From Candidatus Eiseniibacteriota bacterium (lineage in GTDB: Bacteria > Eisenbacteria > RBG-16-71-46 > CAIMUX01 > VGJL01), in the NCBI GenBank assembly GCA_041946735.1, contig JBHGAY010000004.1, positions 125,626 to 189,625 on the forward strand: a stretch of 64,000 bases of DNA, written 5' to 3'. Shown here one piece after another: positions 47,255-58,379 of this stretch. The notes below the pieces were generated by a model that worked only from the letters and a program-made list of their open reading frames with translations, was not told the origin of the DNA and did no database searches. The stretch's first letter is position 1; each line of letters opens with the position of its first letter. The position numbers and the translations under genes were made by a program.

Positions 47255-48679
47255 TCATTCGTGGCGCGCGCTTCTTGCCGAGACCCGCTCCTCTCGCTCG
47301 TTCCTTCTCCAGGACGTGAGCATCCCGAGGATCGCGATCGCCATCGACACGCGGAACGCGATCGCGGTCGTCCGGTAGAGCGCGCTTCCTTCCGTCGTCT
47401 CGTGAGGGCCGAGCACGGTCGTGAAGATCGCGCCGCCCACACCGATGCCGAGGACCATGCCAACATTGCGAGCGGTGGCGAGGATCGCAGAGGCGATGCC
47501 TTGCCGGTGGCGCGGCGCCGATCCCATGAGGGCGCTGTTGTTCGGCGAGATGAAGAGGCCGGTGCCAAGACCTACCACCGCGAGGGAGCCGACGATCGAA
47601 GAGACACCGGCGTCGGGGCCGAGCCGGGAGAGCAGGTAGAGGCCTGTCGCGAGAACGGCCATCCCGAAGGTGGCGGGACCGCGAGTGCCGATGCGGTCGG
47701 AGAGGGTGCCGGACAGCGGAGCGGCAATCGCCATGACGAGAGGCTGCGCGGTCAGGATCAAGCCCGCCCGGGCCGGTTGCATCCCCCGGCCTTCGACGAG
47801 ATAGAACGGCAAGAGGAAGGTGACCGTGAAGAGGCAGACGTAGTTCAAAAGGGCGCTCACCGTGGACAAAGTGAAGACCGGAACGCGGAAGAGGCTCAAG
47901 TCGAGCATCGGCTCGCTCGTGCGCGTCTCGTGGCGGAAGAAGGCGGCGAGCAACCCGGCCGAGCCGGCGAGCGCCGCGAGCGAAACTGCCGACGCCCACC
48001 CCCACGCGTGCCCCTGGTTGAGCGCCAACAGCAGGAGGACGAGACCGCCGAGGAACAGCGCAGCGCCGAGCAAGTCGAAACGCTCGCGCCGCGACGCCGG
48101 TTGATCGTCGGGAAGGAACCGCAAGCTCATGACGAGCGCCAGCACGCCGACCGGGACGTTGATGGCGAAGACCGACCGCCATCCGAGGTGCTGCGCGAGC
48201 CATCCTCCGAGCGAGGGGCCGATCGTCAATCCCAAGTAAGTCATCGTCGCCAGCGAGCCGAGCGCCTGACCCCGCTGCCGCGGATCGGAGCTGCCGGTCA
48301 GGATCGCGGGCGCATTGGCGAACAGCATCGCGGCGCCGAGAGCCTGGAAGCCGCGGGAACCGATCAGGAAGCGTTCGCCGGGCGCGAGCGCGCAGAGGAT
48401 CGAGCCGAGGACGAAGATCGAGAATCCGAATACGTAGACGCGGCGGTGGCCGTGCAGGTCGCCCAGGCGCCCGAACGTGAGGAGGAGGCCGCTGACGACC
48501 AGGAGATAGATCGTCACGACCCATTCGATCGTCTCCACCTGCGTGCCCATCACGCGCCGGAGGATCGGAAGGATCGTGTTGACGACGCTCCCGTCGAGCG
48601 CCGACATGAACGTCCCGATCCCGAGCGTGAAGAGGATGCTCCAGGGGGTGCGGGGCCGGCCGGGATCGGTTCTCGCCAT
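47255..48679 (-). CDS. MFS drug:H+ antiporter (DHA2, 14-TM)
   Basis: FMSALDGSVVN, GRLGDLHG.RR, GP.LGG.L...GWRSVF.INVPVG, PMLDLSLF. Confidence 0.93.
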   Translation of the reverse strand: MARTDPGRPRTPWSILFTLGIGTFMSALDGSVVNTILPILRRVMGTQVETIEWVVTIYLLVVSGLLLTFGRLGDLHGHRRVYVFGFSIFVLGSILCALAPGERFLIGSRGFQALGAAMLFANAPAILTGSSDPRQRGQALGSLATMTYLGLTIGPSLGGWLAQHLGWRSVFAINVPVGVLALVMSLRFLPDDQPASRRERFDLLGAALFLGGLVLLLLALNQGHAWGWASAVSLAALAGSAGLLAAFFRHETRTSEPMLDLSLFRVPVFTLSTVSALLNYVCLFTVTFLLPFYLVEGRGMQPARAGLILTAQPLVMAIAAPLSGTLSDRIGTRGPATFGMAVLATGLYLLSRLGPDAGVSSIVGSLAVVGLGTGLFISPNNSALMGSAPRHRQGIASAILATARNVGMVLGIGVGGAIFTTVLGPHETTEGSALYRTTAIAFRVSMAIAILGMLTSWRRNEREERVSARSARHE

Positions 48680-48710
48680 GGGTCGATCCTAACCGCTCCC
48701 CGCGCGGCGC

Positions 48711-48767
48711 CGTCACCCGCGGATGCGCACCATCCGCGGCGTCACTCCCGGATGCGCACCATCCGCG
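48711..48767. repeat. 29-nt tandem duplication of the S8 gene 3' end; the distal copy forms a 9-bp hairpin
   Basis: CGTCAC(CCG/TCC)CGGATGCGCACCATCCGCG x2; CCGCGGATG-CGCAC-CATCCGCGG at 48717-48739. Confidence 0.8.
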
Positions 48768-50334
48768 CCGTGCTCCGGCCCGCGTCGCTCTCCACACGGA
48801 CGAAGTAGACGCCGGGGGCGACGCGCGATCCTCGCTCGTCGCGGCCGTCCCATGAGAAGCCGCCACGCGCGTCGCGATCGAGATGCGCCCTTACCTTTCG
48901 TCCCGCCAGATCGAACACAATCGCGGTGGCATTCGCCGGCTCGCCCGCCAGCCAGTCGATGCGGGCCGTTTCTCCCGCCCTTGCCGGGTTGGGCTCGACG
49001 CGAAGAGCGGCGCCGCCCCACGCGAAGGGCGAGTCGCCGACGCCGGCGGCGAAGGGCGTGTTCTCGAGCGTCGAGAGCGCGTCGAAGCGTCCCGTGCCGA
49101 GCAGTCCGAGGAACGGATCGTTTTCGGGAATGCCGTAGATGTCGACGATCCCTTCTCTCGAGGCGCGATAGACCGCCTCGACCGGCATGTCCGGGCTCAT
49201 CCCGCGGATCAGAGCGCACTGCCCGCTGACGAAGGGTGCGGCGAAGGAGGTGCCCGCGCCGATCGCATAGCCGCCGTCGTAGTAGGCGGAGAGGATACCG
49301 ACGCCTGGGGCGGAGACGTCGACCGCCTCATTGAAGTTCGAGAAGGAGGCTTTCACGTCGGAGGAGTCGAGCGCCGCGACCGACAGGCATTCGGGATTGC
49401 TCGCGGGATAGTAGTACGGGCGGTCGACGCCGTCGTTGCCGGCCGCTCCAATCAGCGCAACGCCGAGACTTTCGGCGCGCTCGACCTCGTGACGCAGGAT
49501 GGAGCAGTCGACGGGAAGCCCGAGGCTCAGGTTGATGACCCGGGCGCCGTGGTCGACGGCATAGCGGACCCCCTTCGCGACCGTGAACGTCTGGCCGACT
49601 CCCTCGTCGTTCAGCACGCGGATCGGCAGGATCTTCGCGCCCGGCGCCACCAGGTGCAGGATTCCCGCAACCATGGTGCCGTGCCCCGCCCCTTCGTCCA
49701 CGGTTCCGTCGCCGTCGTCGTCGATGCCGTTCGCTTCGTCGTACGGCTCGTCGTCCCCGTCGACGAAGTCGGTCCCGCCGGGCTCGATCGCCCCGTCGAG
49801 CGCCTCATGGTCCATTCGGACACCGCCGTCGACGAGGGCCACGATGACGCCGTCGCCCCGCGCGTGCTCATGGATCTCGTCGAGGTGGAGCCGGACGGCC
49901 ACGTTCTGATCGAGGTACCCCTCGATCGTCTCGCCTACCGCCGCGACCACCATCTGGTGGCTTCCCTCGGGCGCCTCCCCCTCCCAGACGTACTCGACCT
50001 CTACGATCCGCGGGTCGTTGCGCATGAGCAGGAGGTACTCGTCCTCCGTCCCTCCATCCGGAAGATCGAGCCGGTAGAGAGGGGGAAGGGAATCGATCAC
50101 GGTCGTTTCGTAATCGGCGTTGATGGCGTCGATCGGGACGCCGGAGGCCAGCTCGATCTGGATCTCCCCCGCAAGCCAGCCTGCCGCGGCGGCGGGTGCG
50201 GGGGTGCCGGCGATGGCGGCGATGGCCGCAATGGCGGCGAGAAGCACGATGGCCGGGATCGGGAGGGTCCGGAAGATCCGCCGTCGATCCCGCGCGGAGC
50301 GATCGGCCAGACCGGCACGCGGCTGCTGCGTCAT
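48742..50334 (-). CDS. Secreted S8 (subtilisin-family) serine peptidase with FlgD-Ig/T9SS-like CTD
   Basis: ALVDGG (Asp), GHGTMVAG (His), AAGN, GTSFAAP (Ser); signal peptide; EPNP...WDGRD...GVY CTD. Confidence 0.93.
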   Translation of the reverse strand: MTQQPRAGLADRSARDRRRIFRTLPIPAIVLLAAIAAIAAIAGTPAPAAAAGWLAGEIQIELASGVPIDAINADYETTVIDSLPPLYRLDLPDGGTEDEYLLLMRNDPRIVEVEYVWEGEAPEGSHQMVVAAVGETIEGYLDQNVAVRLHLDEIHEHARGDGVIVALVDGGVRMDHEALDGAIEPGGTDFVDGDDEPYDEANGIDDDGDGTVDEGAGHGTMVAGILHLVAPGAKILPIRVLNDEGVGQTFTVAKGVRYAVDHGARVINLSLGLPVDCSILRHEVERAESLGVALIGAAGNDGVDRPYYYPASNPECLSVAALDSSDVKASFSNFNEAVDVSAPGVGILSAYYDGGYAIGAGTSFAAPFVSGQCALIRGMSPDMPVEAVYRASREGIVDIYGIPENDPFLGLLGTGRFDALSTLENTPFAAGVGDSPFAWGGAALRVEPNPARAGETARIDWLAGEPANATAIVFDLAGRKVRAHLDRDARGGFSWDGRDERGSRVAPGVYFVRVESDAGRSTARMVRIRE

Positions 50335-50378
50335 GGCTCTATTCCCTCCATACCTTCTTATCTTCGAAGCGATCGCGG

Positions 50379-50408
50379 ATTATAGATCGAACCGACCGCC
50401 CGGGTCAA
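50379..50408 (-). promoter_or_regulatory. Sigma-70 promoter for the S8 gene, overlapping the CHAT gene stop
   Basis: TTGACC (50403-50408)-18 nt-TATAAT (50379-50384). Confidence 0.65.
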
Positions 50409-53401
50409 ACTCCGCCCAGCGCCGCGAATGACGCCCAGTGCCATGGATGCGGCCTAAGTCTCATCGTTTCACGCATTGCGAGACCAAGCGCGGCCGGAAC
50501 CGGGTGGCCGGACCGATGAGCGACATGGAACAGCTCGATAAGCTCAAGCGTCGGTTCATCTTCGATCGGCCATAGGCTGGCCACGACCGAGGCCGCGCCC
50601 GCCTGGAGAAAGCCCCGGGCGAGGCCGATCCACTCGTCGCCGGCCGGGGCCGCTCCGCGGCCGGAGGAGCAGGCGGTCAGCACGACGACCGAGGACGGGA
50701 AGCGAAAGCCAGCGAGGTCGTGGACGAACAGAGGCCCATCGGCCAGCTCGATGAACGAGTAGGCCGGGTTGTCGCTGCGCAGCGACCCGTGAGCGGCAAG
50801 GTGAACGAGCGCCGATTCCGCGCCGTTCGCGCGCAGCGACTCTCGTGTCGGAGCGAGATCGGCGTGGACCGTCCATCCGGAGAGAACCGATCCTACCCGC
50901 TCGACCTCACGCTCCACGCCGGGTAGCTGGGACGAAGGGACGCCAGCGACCCACGCACGCCTCTCCGCGTCTGCCGCCGGCGTCCGGGCACCCGGCAGGC
51001 GCAGCCAGACACGCGCGCTCGGGACGAGGCACAGATCGGTCGACTCGGCGAGGTACCGGCCGTCGGGCCGCATCGCGTGGATCGGCACGCGGTGGATCGG
51101 CCCGTGCGGCGAGACGACCCAGCGGCGCGAGGAGTCGACCCCGATCGCGGCGAGCGGCTGCCAGAGGAGGCGGCCGATCTCCTCGAGGATCGCATCGGTC
51201 GAGGCGTGTAGACGGCCGGCGTCCGGGCGACCCGAGGGGGGCAGGAGCGCAGCACCCCCCGCCAGCGCCGTGGAGGGCGACTCCCGAGGGCCGGGAGCCG
51301 GCCGCGTGGCACCGGCTTGGCGCACATGCGTCATTGCGGCCGCTCCCCACTGGAAGTCCAGGCGATCGGCGAGGGCGGCGAGCCGCCTGCGCAGATCGGG
51401 ACGGAGAAGCGTCCAGCGCACCGTCCGGTCGGTCAGCGCGAGCGCGATCGAGAAGCGCGGTCCGACGTGGAAGCTCAGGAAGCCCCATCCTTCCGGGAGC
51501 CTCGAGCGAACCTCATCCAAGGACGGGGCAGCCGACGGCCGGATGCCGAGCGCGTCGATCGTGCGGCGCGACTCCGCCTCCTGTCGCTCCCGCAAGGCCT
51601 GGCTCCACGCGCGCTCCGCCGCGGCGAGCCGCTCGCGGATCTCGGGAATGTGCGCCCGCTCTTCGGGAGAGCCAAGCTCGATGCGCCCGAGACGCGCATG
51701 GAGCCAGGCGAGCTGGCGCCGCAGCCCCGGCTCGCGTTCACGCGCTCCCCGCCGATCATCGTCGCGGGTCGCATGCGTCGCGCCTGCGCCGGCGGCGGAC
51801 TCAGCTGGATCCGCTGCCGGGACCCGAAGCCGATCCCAAAGGCTTTGCGCGCGAGAGCGCTCCATCCACTCGAACAGACGCGCCGCCGAGGGCCTGACGG
51901 CCTGTAGCTCGAGCGAAAGCAGCCGGTCGTAGAGATGCGCCTTGTCGCTCAGAAACGCGATCTTCGAGTCCTCGGTCGGCACCCGGGCGCGCAGGCTCTC
52001 GAGCTGCTCGACCGCGCGGCGATAGGCGGTCGAGGCGGCGCGCGCGCGTCCCGCCTCCTCTTCGGCCGGACCGAGCGCCTCGAGCACGCGGTAGGCGGTC
52101 GCGGGATACACCGGCGCCGGCACGCGGCGCAGGAGGGCGCGCAGCCGGGCGGCGCGCTCCCCGGGCGGCCGCCGCTTTCTTTCGAGGCGCTCGAGGAGGA
52201 CGACCGCGTTCGCCTCCCAGCGCACGAGACCCATTTCGCGGAAGGTGGAGAGCGCGGCGCCGGCACGGACGAGCGAAGCCTTTCTGCGTCCCGCCTGCGC
52301 GAGCCCCTCCGCCCACAGCAGCTCCATGAAGGCGGCGCGCGGCCGGTTCTTCTCCAGCAGGAAGAGCCGGCGGGCTTCGCGCCCACGCTCGATCGCGCGC
52401 GCCGGCTCCCGGCGGACGAGCGAGGCGAGCGCTCCCTGGGAAAGCGCGAGCGCCGCGAAGTAGCGCAGCCCGAGCCCGAGGAAGTGACGCGCAGCCTGCT
52501 CGCTCAGATCCAGGGCTTCCGCCGCGAGATTCAGCTTGTTGTAGATCTCCGCGCGTGTGAGGAGGCAGGAGGCGAGGAACGAGAGATGCCCGGTTTCCTC
52601 GAAGTAGGGGGCGGCCCGGGCGAGGTCGCGCAACGCGAGATCGTAGTCCCCACGATTCGCGTGGACGAAGGCGGCGTTCATCCGCACCTGCGCGAGGAGC
52701 AGGTCGTAGCCGCGAGCGGCGCACTCCTGCTCGAGCCGCGAGAAGAGGTCGAGCGCCTCGACGTCCCGGTCGAGCTGCGAGAGCGCGACGCCCCGGTTGA
52801 CATCGAGCCCGATGACGGTCTCGTCGCGCAGCCCGAGACGATGGAAGGCCTGGCCGGCCCGCTCGTATTCGAGGAGCGCCGGCCCGTAGTGATCGCGATG
52901 GAACTGGATGTTGCCGAAGTTCATCGCGAGCTTCGCCAGGTAGGTGTCGTCCCCTTCGGCGGTCAGATGCTGCCGGGCCTCCTCGGCCGTCGCCTCGGCG
53001 TCGGCGTAGCGGCCCAGCATGGCGAGCACGTGGATCCTTCCGACGAGAAGCTGGCCGAGCAGCGAGCGCGCGCCCGCGGCGCGCCAGAAGCGCGCGGCCG
53101 TCTCGTAGGAGGCTTCGGCTTCTTTCATCCTGCCGGAGAAGAGCCAGGCTTCGGCCATCGACCGGTGCGCCCATCCGCTGGACAGAGGATCGCCGAGGAT
53201 TCCGGCGATCTCGATCGCGCGCGATGCGATCGCGCGAGAGGTCGCGACATCGCTCTGGAAGAAGCGGCCGGCTTCGTCGCGGATCGAGCGGAGGAGCGAG
53301 GCGGGATCGTCGAGCGAGGCGGCGGCGATCGCCTCGCGGAGGCGCTCGCGCGGCAGATCGATCCAGTCTCGGAGGGAAGCGGGCGCGAGAGAGGGGTTCA
53401 C
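50405..53401 (-). CDS. TPR-repeat CHAT-domain (caspase-like, clan CD) protease
   Basis: About 600 aa of TPR-like helices, then PHGPIHRVPIHA, LPGVEREV, VHLAAHG (His), VVLTACSSG (Cys), GLARGFLQAGA, SLWPIED, HPWHWASF; GTG start overlaps the upstream stop. Confidence 0.92.
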   Translation of the reverse strand: MNPSLAPASLRDWIDLPRERLREAIAAASLDDPASLLRSIRDEAGRFFQSDVATSRAIASRAIEIAGILGDPLSSGWAHRSMAEAWLFSGRMKEAEASYETAARFWRAAGARSLLGQLLVGRIHVLAMLGRYADAEATAEEARQHLTAEGDDTYLAKLAMNFGNIQFHRDHYGPALLEYERAGQAFHRLGLRDETVIGLDVNRGVALSQLDRDVEALDLFSRLEQECAARGYDLLLAQVRMNAAFVHANRGDYDLALRDLARAAPYFEETGHLSFLASCLLTRAEIYNKLNLAAEALDLSEQAARHFLGLGLRYFAALALSQGALASLVRREPARAIERGREARRLFLLEKNRPRAAFMELLWAEGLAQAGRRKASLVRAGAALSTFREMGLVRWEANAVVLLERLERKRRPPGERAARLRALLRRVPAPVYPATAYRVLEALGPAEEEAGRARAASTAYRRAVEQLESLRARVPTEDSKIAFLSDKAHLYDRLLSLELQAVRPSAARLFEWMERSRAQSLWDRLRVPAADPAESAAGAGATHATRDDDRRGAREREPGLRRQLAWLHARLGRIELGSPEERAHIPEIRERLAAAERAWSQALRERQEAESRRTIDALGIRPSAAPSLDEVRSRLPEGWGFLSFHVGPRFSIALALTDRTVRWTLLRPDLRRRLAALADRLDFQWGAAAMTHVRQAGATRPAPGPRESPSTALAGGAALLPPSGRPDAGRLHASTDAILEEIGRLLWQPLAAIGVDSSRRWVVSPHGPIHRVPIHAMRPDGRYLAESTDLCLVPSARVWLRLPGARTPAADAERRAWVAGVPSSQLPGVEREVERVGSVLSGWTVHADLAPTRESLRANGAESALVHLAAHGSLRSDNPAYSFIELADGPLFVHDLAGFRFPSSVVVLTACSSGRGAAPAGDEWIGLARGFLQAGAASVVASLWPIEDEPTLELIELFHVAHRSGHPVPAALGLAMRETMRLRPHPWHWASFAALGGV

Positions 53402-54174
53402 CGTCCCGGACCGGCCGAGAGATCGAGCGGTCCGAGGCTCAGCACGAGATCGTTCCAGCCGATCTTGATCCGAACCTCGCTCGGCTTGACCGCGCGGAAC
53501 TGGAACTCCCCGTGCGGCGTCAGCTTCCGAGTCGTCTCGCGCCCGTCGCTCTCGAGAGTGACCGTGCCGGAGATCGGCTCGGCGGGTGTGACGTTCGCGG
53601 GGAGGAACTGGCCGAAGATCTGGAGCTTCTTCGACGCCTCGGGCTCGATGCGGAGGTGGAGGTTGCCGGCCTCCGACTCGAACAGGAGCTGGCGGGGCTG
53701 CAGCGCGGTCGTGCCTCGAATGCCGGGAAGCGCCGCAGCGAGACGGCTGTCGAGGGCGAGGCCCATGCGGATCTCTTCGACGATCCGGCGCACGGCTCCG
53801 CCTCTTCGGGAGCGATCGGCGGCCCGTGCAGCCCTGGCGATCCGGCCCGCCCGGGCGTCTCCCGGCTCGGTCGCCGCCGCCGCAGCAGCCGCAGCAGCCG
53901 CCGCGGCCGCCGCAGCAGCAGCGGCCGCCGCATCGGCGGACACGGCCGTGTGGTTCGCCTCCAGCGCCCGCACGCGCTCGATCGCCTTCTGCATCCAGAC
54001 GTCCGGAACGGCGGGAAGCGCCGGCGACTTCAGCGAGGCCAGGATCGCCTCGAGCTGTCGCAGCCGCGTGCGGCACGTCTCGCACCCGCCGTCGATATGG
54101 GCGCGGACGGTGGCGAGCTGCTCCGCGTCTCCCTCGATCGCGGCGATTAGGATCGTATCGCTCGGATGCTTCAT
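53398..54174 (-). CDS. Putative zinc-finger (ZAS-like) anti-sigma factor with poly-Ala linker and C-terminal beta domain
   Basis: MKHPSD...AHIDGGCETC; LDSR...GIRG...RQLLF; TPHGEFQF; no TM segment seen; lies downstream of the ECF sigma gene. Confidence 0.7.
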   Translation of the reverse strand: MKHPSDTILIAAIEGDAEQLATVRAHIDGGCETCRTRLRQLEAILASLKSPALPAVPDVWMQKAIERVRALEANHTAVSADAAAAAAAAAAAAAAAAAAAATEPGDARAGRIARAARAADRSRRGGAVRRIVEEIRMGLALDSRLAAALPGIRGTTALQPRQLLFESEAGNLHLRIEPEASKKLQIFGQFLPANVTPAEPISGTVTLESDGRETTRKLTPHGEFQFRAVKPSEVRIKIGWNDLVLSLGPLDLSAGPGR

Positions 54175-54320
54175 CCGCTGCCTCTCCCCGGGGAGGGATC
54201 GCCCCCCTTGCTGCGGTCCTCGTCGAGCCCTTCGCTGGAGAGGTCGGAGGAGAAGGCGGGATGATACAGGCAGTGGCGCACGCAGCCGCCTCGCGGCTCC
54301 GCCACCCCGGCCATGTTGGC

Positions 54321-54410
54321 CTGCCGGCCTGCGATCTGCTCCATCCCGGCCTGCCGGCCTGCGATCTCCTCCATCCCGGCCTGCCGGACCGCTATCCGCT
54401 CCATCCCCGC
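54321..54410. repeat. Three 30-nt tandem units; the proximal one holds the ECF sigma stop codon
   Basis: CTGCCGGCCTGCGATCT(G/C)CTCCATCCCGGC x2 plus CTGCCGGACCGCTATCCGCTCCATCCCCGC. Confidence 0.85.
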
Positions 54411-55045
54411 TCCTCGTACACCTTACGCATCCGCTCGAGACACCGGGCGCGCGTCGGCCCGATGCTGCCGATCGGCATTCCCTGCCGGCGGGCGATTTCG
54501 GCGTAGTCGAGCGGAGGCTCCTCGAAGAAGAGCAGGCGCAAAAGCTCCCGGCAGCGTTCGGAGATCGCGTCGAGCGCCTCGGCGATCTGCTGGCGATGCT
54601 CGAGATCGGCGCGAATCTCGTCGGCGAGGGGGCGAGGATCGTTCGGCTCGGCCGACCGTCCATCACCGCGCTCCTCGATCTCGTCGATCGAGGTCTCGCG
54701 CGACCGCATCTTTCCCCGGATCCGGTTCACCGCCTGGCGATAGGCGATCCCGATCAACCAGGACGGCAGCCGTCCCGGGTCGCGAAGCTTCGGCAGATCG
54801 GTGTAAAGGACCGTGATGGTGGACTGAAATGCGTCCTCGCGGTCTTCCGGCGTCAGCCCGACTTTGAGAATCACCGCATGGATCAGGTTCGCGTAGCGGC
54901 GGATCATTTCCTCCCACGCTCCCGGCTCGTGGGCGATACACAGGCGAATCAGCTCCTCGGCGGGGATTCCGGGAAGCTCCTGCGCATTCGGCGCCGCTCG
55001 GACCGTGGCGCGCGGGCGCTCGCGCCAGGTGCCTTCCTCTGGCAT
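54392..55045 (-). CDS. ECF (sigma-70 group 4) RNA polymerase sigma factor
   Basis: Region 2 AWEEMIRRY...DREDAFQ...LPSWL; region 4 SERCRELL...YAEIA...GMPIGSIGPTRARCLERMR. Confidence 0.93.
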   Translation of the reverse strand: MPEEGTWRERPRATVRAAPNAQELPGIPAEELIRLCIAHEPGAWEEMIRRYANLIHAVILKVGLTPEDREDAFQSTITVLYTDLPKLRDPGRLPSWLIGIAYRQAVNRIRGKMRSRETSIDEIEERGDGRSAEPNDPRPLADEIRADLEHRQQIAEALDAISERCRELLRLLFFEEPPLDYAEIARRQGMPIGSIGPTRARCLERMRKVYEERGWSG

Positions 55046-55454
55046 CGATCGATCCTACATTCGGAGCAGGAGCCGCGATTCTTCGGGACGGACCATGCCG
55101 GCAACACTAGCACAGCTCCAAGCCCGGCCCGCCTGCTCCCGCAAGTATCAGGGCGCGAGCCAGCGCGACAACCGGAGTTCGCCGTTCCCCTCGCCGCCCG
55201 GAATCCTGGCTGGGGTCGAACCAAGCATCGAACTTCCAGTAGGGAAGGGATCATGGATCCGGGCTGGCCCACGAGCGAAGCAGAACCGCCCGTAGGTAGC
55301 CACTCCCGCGGTCTGGGTCACCGTGCGGCCGGCCCGGCGCCCTCCTCCTCCGGTCGGGCCCGTGCGCCGCTCAGCCGCCTCCGCGGCATGGTGCGCCTCG
55401 CATTCCATGCGCCTCGCGTTCCCCTCCGGCCCGCGATCGGCGACAATCCCCGCG

Positions 55455-57728
<2,274 letters not shown>

Positions 57729-57789
57729 CGTGGCGGCCGCGCGCGGCGGGAGCCGCGCGCCGCGTCGCTCCTCCCCTCGCTCGGCCGGC

Positions 57790-58152
57790 CTACTTCCAGA
57801 GCAGATAGCGCAGGGAGACCAGGAACAGGAACCCTCCGAACACCTTCTTCAGCGTGGGCCCGGGAAGGGAAAGCGCGATCTTCGCGCCGAAGTAGGAGCC
57901 GACGACGAAGCCGATGGCGAGGAGCATCGCGATCCGGACGTCGACGTCCCCTCTCTTCCAGTACTGATAGGCGGAAACGATCATGAGCGGAGGGATCAGG
58001 AACGCGAGGGTGGTTCCTTGCGCCTTGTGCTGCGACATCCCGAAGAGAAGGACCAGCGTCGGGACGATCACCACTCCGCCGCCCACGCCGGCCAGTCCCG
58101 ACAGGGTGCCGGCTACGACACCGAGAATCATCATGCCGATCGTCTGCGTCAT
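57790..58152 (-). CDS. TauE/SafE (sulfite exporter, TSUP) family protein, half-size
   Basis: GTLSGLAGVGGGVVIVP, HKAQGTTLA; 120 aa; GGAGG RBS. Confidence 0.88.
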   Translation of the reverse strand: MTQTIGMMILGVVAGTLSGLAGVGGGVVIVPTLVLLFGMSQHKAQGTTLAFLIPPLMIVSAYQYWKRGDVDVRIAMLLAIGFVVGSYFGAKIALSLPGPTLKKVFGGFLFLVSLRYLLWK

Positions 58153-58225
58153 CCCCACCTCCGCCTCTGTAGATTCCTGCCGCAGATTCCTGCCTCGCCG
58201 CGGCGGCGCGGAACGCGCCGGGGCC

Positions 58226-58235
58226 ATGGTACAGT
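58226..58235. promoter_or_regulatory. Overlapping divergent -10 elements (possible bidirectional promoter)
   Basis: TGgTACAGT on + (58227-58235) and TACCAT on - (58226-58231), between the divergent TauE and aconitase-family genes. Confidence 0.35.
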
Positions 58236-58379
58236 GTCGGGTTCCCGATTGCTGCGGGGTTCCCGGCCACGCGCAGTTCCGGATCGCCGCGGAGTTCCGA
58301 TCACCGCGGAGTTCCGGAAGGCCGCCCGCCCGATCGCGCCGCTTCGGGATCGCAAGGCCGCCGCCGAGGAGGATTTCGA

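Noticed and set aside
53402-54085. N-terminal extension of the CHAT ORF (1226 aa)
   Set aside because: It overlaps the anti-sigma-like gene in another frame; GTG 53401 overlapping that gene's stop is the more plausible start.
54171-54410. 30-nt repeats as a CRISPR array, or the 77-aa ORF as a gene
   Set aside because: The units are head-to-tail with no spacers and no cas genes are present; the peptide just reflects the repeat period.
55195-55310. Resemblance to a c-di-AMP (ydaO) riboswitch or a tRNA T-arm
   Set aside because: Only fragments match (GAATCC, TGGGGT, AGTAGGG, GGTTCGA); the core GGRGGAACC and CAGCTAAC elements and a cloverleaf are absent.
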